Assembly (NCBI GenBank): GCA_963729845.1 | Contig: CAVSQC010000013.1 | Coordinates: 23,261 to 87,260 of the forward strand | DNA from: an uncultured Alphaproteobacteria bacterium | GTDB lineage: Bacteria > Pseudomonadota > Alphaproteobacteria > ATCC43930 > CGMCC-115725 | Reading direction: 5' to 3' | DNA: 64,000 bases | Shown: positions 56,854 to 64,000 of the stretch, piece by piece | How the letters are laid out: each line of letters opens with the position of its first letter | Position numbering within the stretch: position 1 is the first letter of the stretch | Translations under genes and position numbers: made by a program | The notes under the pieces: generated by a model | The model's database searches: none | What the model saw: only the letters and a program-made list of their open reading frames with translations | Told to the model about the DNA's origin: nothing

Positions 56854-57537
56854 GTGGGGGCCGTCGAATATCCTCTCTCTCCGCGGCAAGTTTTAGCGGC
56901 CATCGCTGCACTCGGGGTCTTTGTTTGCGCCTGGAGCGCGAGCGCGGCGGAATCGAAATTCCGGCCGCCGGACGCGGAGGCAAAGATCGCCGCCTTGCGC
57001 GCGGCCGGGCAAAATCTCGTGCCACTGTTCGTCTTGGGCGACATCGACGAGGACGGGGTTGTGGATCAGAAGGACCTCGCCCTTCTCAAGGACATGGTCA
57101 AATCGGGTCGATTGTGGCCCAGCCGAAAGGTCTCCTGTCCCGCCGCCGCGGATCTCAAACGCAATGGCAGCGTCGATCAACGCGACGTCGCGCGGCTGGC
57201 GGAATGGGTCAAGTACGGAAAGATGCCCACCCCGGCGTTGTCGTTTCAATCCTATCTGCCGTGCAATTTCCGCCATTTCTTCATCGCCGCGAATCAGTCC
57301 GTCGAGCCGAATGGCGACGCCGACATCCGCTTCTTGGACCGAACGTTGAACACCGGCAATTCCACGGTGACGGTCAAGTCCGGCCCCGCCAGCGTCACCG
57401 CCGCGGCGGACGGCCGCGGCTTTCGCGTCAAGGCGCATGCCCAGGCAAGGCGTGGCGCCCGGGTGCTCCTTAAGATCGCGCTGCCGAAGGCGCGGACTTA
57501 CTATTTCACCATGATGATCGGCGACCTGCCGCGATAG
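56854..57537 (+). CDS. Exported protein with two dockerin/EF-hand-like repeats
   Basis: GTG 56854 lies 1 nt after the upstream TGA, with GGAAGGGG SD. Signal peptide ...VCAWSASA. Repeats GDIDEDGVVDQKDLALLKDMV and ADLKRNGSVDQRDVARLAEWV. Confidence 0.65.
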   Translation: MGAVEYPLSPRQVLAAIAALGVFVCAWSASAAESKFRPPDAEAKIAALRAAGQNLVPLFVLGDIDEDGVVDQKDLALLKDMVKSGRLWPSRKVSCPAAADLKRNGSVDQRDVARLAEWVKYGKMPTPALSFQSYLPCNFRHFFIAANQSVEPNGDADIRFLDRTLNTGNSTVTVKSGPASVTAAADGRGFRVKAHAQARRGARVLLKIALPKARTYYFTMMIGDLPR

Positions 57538-57600
57538 GGCGGTTCGCGATCGCCCCGCCGCCGCTTGCGCCACCGGTCCGAACGGCCTAGCTCTAGCGCC

Positions 57601-57852
57601 ATGAAACTTCTCTACTTCGCCCATCTCCGCGCCAAGATCGGCACCGCCGAGGAGCAAATCGACCTGCCCGCCGACGTCGGCGACGTGACCGCGCTGATCG
57701 AATGGCTGAAGGGCAGGGGGCCGCGCTTCGCCGACGCGCTCGGCAATCCGAAGGCGCTGCGCGTCGCCGTCAACCAGACCTATGTCGGCTGGCATCACCC
57801 GGTGAAGCCCGGCGACGAGGTCGCGATCTTCCCGCCGGTGACGGGCGGGTGA
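57601..57852 (+). CDS. moaD: Molybdopterin synthase sulfur carrier subunit
   Basis: 83 aa, ubiquitin-like, ends in ...FPPVTGG. Confidence 0.88.
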   Translation: MKLLYFAHLRAKIGTAEEQIDLPADVGDVTALIEWLKGRGPRFADALGNPKALRVAVNQTYVGWHHPVKPGDEVAIFPPVTGG

Positions 57853-57856
57853 CGCG

Positions 57857-58309
57857 ATGATCCGCGTGCAGCGCGAGGATTTCGACGTCGGCGCCGAGCT
57901 CGAGGCGCTGACCCGCGGCAAGACCGGCATCGGCGGCGTCGCCTCGTTCATCGGGCTGATGCGCGACGTCGCGGGCGGCTCGCGCATCGACGCGATGACG
58001 CTCGAACATTATCCCGGCATGACCGAGCGCGAGCTCGAACGCATCGAAGCCGAGGCGCACCAACGCTGGCCGCTGATCGCGTCATTGGTGATCCATCGCC
58101 ACGGCCGGCTCGAGCCCGGCGATCGCATCGTCCTGGTCGCGACCGCATCAGCGCACCGCGCGGCGGCGTTCGCGAGTTGCGAATTCCTGATGGACTATCT
58201 CAAGACCAAGGCGCCGTTCTGGAAACAGGAGGAGACGCAAGACGGCCCGCGCTGGGTCGCCGCCGAGGCCAGCGACGACGAAGCGGCGTCCCGCTGGAGC
58301 AAGGGGTAG
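57857..58309 (+). CDS. moaE: Molybdopterin synthase catalytic subunit
   Basis: 150 aa, 4 nt after moaD. GGVASFIGLMRD ... LEHYPGM ... APFWKQE motifs. Confidence 0.9.
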   Translation: MIRVQREDFDVGAELEALTRGKTGIGGVASFIGLMRDVAGGSRIDAMTLEHYPGMTERELERIEAEAHQRWPLIASLVIHRHGRLEPGDRIVLVATASAHRAAAFASCEFLMDYLKTKAPFWKQEETQDGPRWVAAEASDDEAASRWSKG

Positions 58310-58561
58310 GCGCGCAATTCCTCCACGAAGGATTTGAGCCGCGCGACAGATAAGCGCCCCAGCGAACTTTGTCCTTGACAAACGACGCTAGTTATACATA
58401 TGCGCGTCTGCTTAGTCGAATCGGACCAGGTTTACGGTGATTGCGTTCATCGCTTCCCGCGACGGACGGCGGGCCGAAACCGCGGTCCTGGCTGTTTTTT
58501 CGCTGCATATATCAGCGGGAACAGCCAGGCGCGGCGGGGGCGATAGGCGGCGCGCTACCCG

Positions 58562-59434
58562 CTACTTGGCGAGGCCGAGGAGCTTCGCGGCGTTGTCCTT
58601 GAGGATCAGCGGCCGCACCTCGGGCCGGATGTCGATGGTCTCGAAATCCTTGAGCCAGCGGTCCGGCGTGATCACCGGGAAGTCCGAGCCGAACAGCACC
58701 TTGTTCTTGATCAGCGTGTTGGCGTAGCGGATCAGCGATTGCGAGAAATATTTGGGCGACCAGCCCGACAGGTCGATATAGACGTTGGGCTTGTGCTGGC
58801 ACACGGACAGCGCCTGCTCCTGCCACGGGAAGGACGGGTGCGCCATGATGATCGACATGTCGGGGAACTCGATCGCGACCTCGTCGAGATAGATCGGGTT
58901 CGAATATTCGAGCTTGATGCCGCCGCCGGCGCGCATGCCGGAGCCGACGCCGGTCTGGCCGGTGTGGAACAGCGCGATCAGCTTGTGCTCGGCGATCACC
59001 TCGTAAAGCCCATAGGCCATGCGGTCGTTGGGATAGAAGGCTTGGCTCGACGGGTGGAACTTGAAGCCCTTGACGCCGTAATTCTTGATCAGGTCGCGCG
59101 CCTCGCGCACGCCGAGCTTGCCCTTATGCGGATCGATGCTGGCGAACGGAATCAGGATGTCGTCGTTCTCGGCGACCTGGCGGGCGACCTCCTCGTTGGG
59201 ATAGCGCCGCCGGCCGGTCGCGGCCTCGGCGTCGACGGTGAAGATCACCGCGGCGGTCTTGCGCTCGCGGTAATACTGCGCGATCTCCTTGATCGGCTTG
59301 GGTTCGTAGGTGGTCTTGAAATATTTCGCCATGTAGGCGCGGCCCTCGGCGCCGTCCTCGTAGGAGGGGCTGCCGGGCGGGCCATCGGCATGGGTGTGGA
59401 CGTCGATGGCGACAATCTTGCTGAGATCGATCAT
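58562..59434 (-). CDS. Amidohydrolase-2 family protein
   Basis: Uninterrupted 290 aa. AIDVHTH metal motif, FHTG, FGSDFP. Confidence 0.85.
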   Translation of the reverse strand: MIDLSKIVAIDVHTHADGPPGSPSYEDGAEGRAYMAKYFKTTYEPKPIKEIAQYYRERKTAAVIFTVDAEAATGRRRYPNEEVARQVAENDDILIPFASIDPHKGKLGVREARDLIKNYGVKGFKFHPSSQAFYPNDRMAYGLYEVIAEHKLIALFHTGQTGVGSGMRAGGGIKLEYSNPIYLDEVAIEFPDMSIIMAHPSFPWQEQALSVCQHKPNVYIDLSGWSPKYFSQSLIRYANTLIKNKVLFGSDFPVITPDRWLKDFETIDIRPEVRPLILKDNAAKLLGLAK

Positions 59435-59522
59435 TGCTTAGTTCCCTTCGATGTGCGGCGAGATTGCACGGTGCCCGCCCGTCTTGCAAGATCGACAAAA
59501 CCGACAGGACGAGGAGACGCAC

Positions 59523-59990
59523 ATGATTCCGGCGCTCAAGACCGAATTCGCCTTCCAGATCCGGGTCGATTTCCGCGAACGCGTCTTGTTCGGCGAGACG
59601 CCGCGCGGCGGCCGCGGCTATGTGCCGCCGACCGGCGGCTGGGTCGATGGGCCCCGGCTCAAGGGCAAGGTGATCGGCTACAGCGGCGCGGATTGGGCGT
59701 GGACGCGACCCGACGGCGTGCTCGAACTCAACGCGCACTACATGCTCGAGGCCGACGACGGCACGCCGATCTACATCCGGAACGTCGGCTATCTCTTCAG
59801 GCACGATGCGAGCGGCAACGTGCTGCGCGGTCCCGGCGGCCCCGACGTGCCGCACTATTTCTACATCACCCCGACCTTCGACGTGGCGAAGGGCAAGCAC
59901 GAATGGCTGACGCGCACGATCATCGTCGGCCAGGGCGTGCGCCACACCGATCCCGATCACACCATGTTCACCTACTACACGGTGGGCTAA
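59523..59990 (+). CDS. DUF3237-family protein
   Basis: 155 aa from ATG 59523. Beta-barrel-like pattern (GxRxYVPxTGGxxxGPxLxGxV ... YFYITPTFD). Confidence 0.65.
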   Translation: MIPALKTEFAFQIRVDFRERVLFGETPRGGRGYVPPTGGWVDGPRLKGKVIGYSGADWAWTRPDGVLELNAHYMLEADDGTPIYIRNVGYLFRHDASGNVLRGPGGPDVPHYFYITPTFDVAKGKHEWLTRTIIVGQGVRHTDPDHTMFTYYTVG

Positions 59991-60751
59991 GGCGCGGCCT
60001 GCCAGTCCCGGACGAATTCGTCGAGCTCCTGCCGGTTCAGGTCCGACACCGCCCAGAACGTCATCGCGGCGTTCGACCACGACACGAGATTGTAGCCGTT
60101 GCGCGTCAGGTCGCGCGGCGGCGCCGCGCCGGCGCCGGGCGTCTGCCAGACATAGAGGTCGATGACATGCTTGGCGCGGCCATAGACCAGGGCGGCGACC
60201 GTGCGCCCATCGACGGTGTCGAGCCGGCCGCCCTTGAGCGGGAAGCCCAGTGCCGCCAGGTCCTTCACCGGGGGCGCGAAATCGACCCGGCCGTCGAACC
60301 AGGGCTTGACGGTGTGCTGATCGGTCGAGGCGACATCGTAGAGATGACTCGATTGCAGCGCGCGCAAATGGCCGTCGAGCACAGATCGCGCCACGCCGGA
60401 ATCGTCCTGCGGCACAACGACCAGCAGCACCGGCGCGGCGGCCAGGGCGGCGCCCACGCCGAACGAACCGATCCAGCCGCCCCACGCCCGGCGCGGCGCG
60501 GGCGCGCGTTGCGGTACGGCGCTTGCCGCGATCATCGTTTCCATGTGTTGGCGAACACGGTCGGGGGCGGTGTGACGGGTCGCCTCGGCGTGCACCGCCG
60601 CCTTCGTCGCCCGCAGTTGGTCCTGGAGCGCGCGGCACGCGGCGCAGCCCTCGAGATGCGCCGCGACCGCGGCGGCGTCCCGTGGCGGCAGTTCGCCGTC
60701 GCAATCGGCCTGCACCAGCAGGCGCAATTCCTGGTGACGATCGTCGTTCAT
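59987..60751 (-). CDS. Anti-sigma factor (zf-HC2 N-terminus, one TM, periplasmic domain)
   Basis: HLEGCAACRA zinc motif. TM segment GSFGVGAALAAAPVLLVVV. ATGA overlap with the sigma-factor stop. Confidence 0.8.
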   Translation of the reverse strand: MNDDRHQELRLLVQADCDGELPPRDAAAVAAHLEGCAACRALQDQLRATKAAVHAEATRHTAPDRVRQHMETMIAASAVPQRAPAPRRAWGGWIGSFGVGAALAAAPVLLVVVPQDDSGVARSVLDGHLRALQSSHLYDVASTDQHTVKPWFDGRVDFAPPVKDLAALGFPLKGGRLDTVDGRTVAALVYGRAKHVIDLYVWQTPGAGAAPPRDLTRNGYNLVSWSNAAMTFWAVSDLNRQELDEFVRDWQAAP

Positions 60752-61266
60752 GCTTCACCTGCCTTGGCCGCCCGTGTCAGCGCGCGGCGCGCGCGCCATA
60801 GCCGCGACATCACCGTCCCGATCGGCACGTCGGTGACATGGGCGATGTCGCGGTATGACATGTCCTCGAGGTCGCACAGCACCACTGTCTCGCGCAGCTC
60901 GACCGGCAGCGCCGCCAGCAGCGCGTCGAGCCGCGCGCGATCCTGTTTTCGCGCCAGCGCGGTTTCCGGATCGTCGCCCGGATCGCGCAGCACCGCCGGC
61001 GGCGCCTCCTCGTCCGCGTCGTCGATCGGCACGGCCGTCATGTCCCGCCGCGCGTTGAGCCGGTCGTACGCGACGTTGCGCACGATCCGCAACAGCCACG
61101 CCCGGCCGTCGCCGCCGGTGAACGACGCGAAATATTTGAGCGCGCGCAGCATCGCGTCCTGCACCACGTCTTCCGCCTCGGTGGCGTCGCGCGTCAGCCA
61201 CCGCGCCAGATTGTACGCGGCGTCGAGATGGGGCAGGGCGACGCGGTCGAACGGGGGCGTGGGCAT
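60748..61266 (-). CDS. ECF-type RNA polymerase sigma factor
   Basis: Region 2 (AEDVVQDAMLRALKYF, WLLRIVRNVAYD) and region 4 (SYRDIAHVTDVPIGTVMSRLWRAR). ATG at 61266. Confidence 0.88.
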   Translation of the reverse strand: MPTPPFDRVALPHLDAAYNLARWLTRDATEAEDVVQDAMLRALKYFASFTGGDGRAWLLRIVRNVAYDRLNARRDMTAVPIDDADEEAPPAVLRDPGDDPETALARKQDRARLDALLAALPVELRETVVLCDLEDMSYRDIAHVTDVPIGTVMSRLWRARRALTRAAKAGEA

Positions 61267-61340
61267 GGATCGGCCGGGCTCTCGCGGCGGTTCGGTCGCA
61301 AGTATAGCCCGGTCCGGCCGGGTATGGACGGCCCCCACGC

Positions 61341-61673
61341 TCACTTCACGACGATGGTTCCGGTCATCATCGGATGGATGGAGCAGAAATAGCGATAGGT
61401 GCCGGGTTGATCGAAGGTGATGGAAAATTTGTCATCGGTGTCGAGCGGCGGCGACTTGAACAGCCGGGCGCCGCCGGTGCCGACGACGGTGTGGGGAATG
61501 TCGTCGTGGTTGACCCACACCACTCTGGTCCCCGCGGCGACGGTGAGTTCCTTCGGCGCGAACGTGAAATTGTCGATGGTGACGATCCGGTCCGGCTTTG
61601 CCGTATCGGCGAGCACGATGAACGGCGACAGCGCCGCCATGACCAATAGGACCGCAAGGGCGATGCGCCGCAT
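61341..61673 (-). CDS. Exported cupredoxin (amicyanin/pseudoazurin-like)
   Basis: Signal peptide. Copper ligand contexts IPHTVV and FCSIHPMM. Confidence 0.8.
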   Translation of the reverse strand: MRRIALAVLLVMAALSPFIVLADTAKPDRIVTIDNFTFAPKELTVAAGTRVVWVNHDDIPHTVVGTGGARLFKSPPLDTDDKFSITFDQPGTYRYFCSIHPMMTGTIVVK

Positions 61674-61674
61674 G

Positions 61675-62607
61675 TCACGCTCCCAACGGCCGATCGACGA
61701 TGGCGAGCGGCGCGCGGCCCGGGACGAAGTGAACGGTCGAGATGCCGAGCAGTTGGCGCAGCCTGCCGGGATCGACCTTCATCGGCCCCGGGCTCGGCGC
61801 GGTGCCGGGCGCGGGCTGCGGAAACGCGGTCGAAAGCCCGGCATGGAATGCGACATTGCCTTCGACCTTCTGGAGCAATTGGTGGATATGGCCGTTGAGC
61901 ACCGTGACCGAGCCGAAGCGCTTCAGATAGGCGAGGGCCTGCGCGCCGTCAGCGGTGCCCCAGCCCCATTGCGGATAGACCTGCCACAGCGGGATGTGCG
62001 TCATCACCACGATGGGCTGGCTCGCCGGCCGGCCCTTGAGGTCGTCCTCGAGCCATTCCAGTTGCGCCGCGCCGAAACTGCCTTCGCCGCCGGGCTTGAG
62101 GTCCGCAACATTGACCAGCGCGATGAAGTGAACGCCGCCCCCGTCGAAACTGTACCAACCGTCCGGCTGCGCCCTGGGCGAGAAGCGAGCGAAGAACGGC
62201 CTGCCGTCATCGACCAGCATGTCGTGCTCGCCGGGAATGAAATGCGTCTCGATCCCGGTTTCCGTGACAAGCTGTTGCGCCGTGTCCCATTCGGCGTCGC
62301 GCGACAGATGGCTGACATCGCCGGTGTGCAGCATGAACGCGGGACGGGGTTTCATCGCGGCGACGCGGCCGAGCAATTCCCTGAAGGTCGCGGTCGCGTC
62401 GGGGTTGGGCGCCTTGTTGAAGCCGATATGGGAATCGCTGATCTGGACGAAGGTCAGATCGGTCCCGGTCATCTCCGCGGCGGCGGCGCTGCCGATCGGC
62501 GCCGAGCGCGGCACCCCGCCGCCGACGGTCCACAGCACCCCGGCGCCTGCCCACAGCCCGCATTCGAGCGCACGGCGGCGTGTCAATCCCTTGGTTTCGT
62601 CCGACAT
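61675..62607 (-). CDS. Tat-exported metallophosphoesterase
   Basis: TRRRALECGLWAGAG twin-arginine signal. Motifs ISDSH, HTGD, GEHD, NGHIH. Confidence 0.85.
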   Translation of the reverse strand: MSDETKGLTRRRALECGLWAGAGVLWTVGGGVPRSAPIGSAAAAEMTGTDLTFVQISDSHIGFNKAPNPDATATFRELLGRVAAMKPRPAFMLHTGDVSHLSRDAEWDTAQQLVTETGIETHFIPGEHDMLVDDGRPFFARFSPRAQPDGWYSFDGGGVHFIALVNVADLKPGGEGSFGAAQLEWLEDDLKGRPASQPIVVMTHIPLWQVYPQWGWGTADGAQALAYLKRFGSVTVLNGHIHQLLQKVEGNVAFHAGLSTAFPQPAPGTAPSPGPMKVDPGRLRQLLGISTVHFVPGRAPLAIVDRPLGA

Positions 62608-62609
62608 AT

Positions 62610-62647
62610 CGGTCTCCGATCCTGGTCCATGCCCAGGATCAAGACCG
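62610..62647 (-). promoter_or_regulatory. 5' leader hairpin that includes the Shine-Dalgarno of the metallophosphoesterase gene
   Basis: CGGTCT-CC-GATCCTGG-TCCATGC-CCAGGATC-A-AGACCG. The GGAG SD (complement of 62614-62617) lies in the outer stem. Confidence 0.4.
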
Positions 62648-62935
62648 GAGCGGCGGGCATTTTATTCGCGGTCCCGGATATTATTTCAGGCCGGCATAAC
62701 GGCGCGCGCCACGCTCGTCCGCTTTGCCGCGGCCGAGTGTCGCGGTCGGTTGGCGATAACGTTTCACGCGTGGGCAGCCTCCTGCATGCCACCATTCTTA
62801 CGGAACGGCGGAAGCCGCGAAACCGTTATGCTCTTAGCGGGGCTTGGCGGGGACAGTCCTTTCCCGTAATTATAGTGCCGCACAATTTTGCGTGGTCGAG
62901 CATTGCGGCCGCGTTCACAACGGAGGAGCTAAGGA

Positions 62936-63415
62936 ATGGTCAGGAAATTCGGTTTGGCGTTGTTTGCGGCAAGCGCCATCGCAGCCGGCAGTGTGGCGCT
63001 CGACACGCCCGCCCATGCGCAAGCCGGGGTAGCCGTAGGGGTGCTGACCTGCAATGTCAGCAGCGGCTTCGGCTTCATCTTCGGCTCGTCGCGCGAGCTG
63101 AATTGCACCTTCTCGAACGGCGAACACTATGTCGGCCAGATCAACAAATACGGTGTCGATATCGGGTTCACCAAAGCCGCCGTGATCGTGTGGACGGTGT
63201 TTGCGCCAACCGCCAATCTCGCTCCCGGCGCGCTGGGCGGGCATTACGGCGGCGCCACCGCCGGCGCCACGGCCGGTGTCGGGCTTGCTGCCAATGCGTT
63301 GATCGGCGGCAATGGCAATACCATTACCTTGCAACCGCTCAGCATCGAGGGCAACCAGGGCCTCAACGTCGCGGCCGGCATCGCAGAGGTGACCCTGCGC
63401 CCGGCGGGTATGTAA
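62936..63415 (+). CDS. DUF992-family exported protein
   Basis: GGAGGAG SD, signal peptide, GVLTCNVSSGFGFIFGSSRELNCTF motif. Confidence 0.75.
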   Translation: MVRKFGLALFAASAIAAGSVALDTPAHAQAGVAVGVLTCNVSSGFGFIFGSSRELNCTFSNGEHYVGQINKYGVDIGFTKAAVIVWTVFAPTANLAPGALGGHYGGATAGATAGVGLAANALIGGNGNTITLQPLSIEGNQGLNVAAGIAEVTLRPAGM

Positions 63416-63440
63416 GCACCGTTTCACGGTGACAATGGAT

Positions 63441-63461
63441 CGGGCCGGCCGCGCCGGCCCG
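63441..63461 (+). terminator. GC-rich stem-loop CGGGCCGGC-CGC-GCCGGCCCG after the DUF992 gene
   Basis: Perfect 9-bp stem 26 nt after the stop. No U tract. Confidence 0.35.
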
Positions 63462-63657
63462 TTGCAACGCCTCGCGCTTCGGCGCGGGGCGTTTGCATTT
63501 CTGCGGACCGCGCCGCACAGGCCCCTGAGTACAGGCGGAAGGCAGCGCGCGTCGTCTCTCCCCAATTCCGAAATCTGGCGCTAAACTCTGTGCCAAGATG
63601 GTGACGGTGCCGGGCCGCTCGGGCGGGACACGGCGCCGCGCGAGGGAGGTTGGCGTA

Positions 63658-64000
63658 GTGACCGAAGTCGGCGATCGGGACACGTTCCCCAAGCTGCTGG
63701 CGTTGAACGCGCGGCGCTTTGCCGGCCGCCCGGCGTTTCGCCACAAGGACCGCGGCATCTGGCACACCTGGAGTTGGGCGGAGGTCGAGCGCGAAGTTCG
63801 CGCTTACGCGCTGGGCTTGTCGCGGCTCGGGCTCCGGCGCGGCGACCGATTCGCCATCGTCGGCAACAACCGGCCCAAACTGTATTGGTCGTTCATGGCC
63901 GCGCAATGGCTGGGCGCCGTGCCGGTGCCGGTCTATGCCGACGCGATCGCCGACGAGATGGGCTATGTCCTCGGCCATGCCGAGGCGCGTCTCGCGGCGG
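63658..64000 (+). CDS. AMP-dependent synthetase/ligase (long-chain-fatty-acid--CoA ligase-like), 5' partial at the window end
   Basis: GAGGGAGG SD then GTG. TFPKLLALNARRFAGRPAFRHKDRGIWHTWSWAEV...VPVYAD. Not in the ORF track because it has no stop. The antisense ORF 63424-63978 is a shadow. Confidence 0.75.
   Translation, partial: MTEVGDRDTFPKLLALNARRFAGRPAFRHKDRGIWHTWSWAEVEREVRAYALGLSRLGLRRGDRFAIVGNNRPKLYWSFMAAQWLGAVPVPVYADAIADEMGYVLGHAEARLAA

Noticed and set aside
58739-61420. 893-aa plus-strand ORF spanning the amidohydrolase, DUF3237, anti-sigma and sigma genes
   Set aside because: It is antisense or out of frame to four well-supported genes and has a low-complexity Arg/Ala/Gly composition.
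63424-63978. 184-aa minus-strand ORF at the window end
   Set aside because: It is antisense to a clear AMP-dependent ligase N-terminus on the plus strand, which has an SD and typical motifs. The ORF itself is Arg/Ala-rich.

Overview
GC-rich chromosomal segment. REP-element types and gene content suggest an alphaproteobacterium of the Bradyrhizobiaceae/Nitrobacteraceae type (inference only). About 70 protein-coding loci, mostly housekeeping and catabolic: amidohydrolases, SDRs, Rieske proteins, cysK-moeB, two ADP-forming acyl-CoA synthetase paralogs, rsmB, an EF-G paralog, msrP, trxB, lrp, uvrC-pgsA-mobB, moaDE, and an ECF sigma/anti-sigma operon. I found no rRNA, tRNA or CRISPR array. Five things stand out. 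(1) A visibly AT-richer 4.0-kb IS1595-family transposon at 26767-30802 has perfect 26-bp inverted repeats and an 8-bp target duplication. It carries cargo ORFs of unknown function (HEPN-like protein, exported S1 protease, small exported protein and others). This is the best candidate for an undescribed accessory system. (2) About two dozen genes show reading-frame breaks, roughly 40 by manual reading, plus one in-frame TAG. Either the assembly has indel errors or there is real gene decay; the evidence points both ways. (3) A tandemly duplicated TolB-like/TPR module sits behind an adenylate-cyclase domain. The two copies share an identical 78-nt tract that contains the same frameshift. (4) A lower-GC three-ORF cluster of exported proteins, one with dockerin-like repeats, lies between mobB and moaD. 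(5) A CueR-type operator/promoter precedes a cueR-permease operon. Four REP families are scattered through the intergenic regions, and one copy lies inside a coding region. All coordinates and translations were worked out by eye from the sequence and the ORF track. No database search was run.
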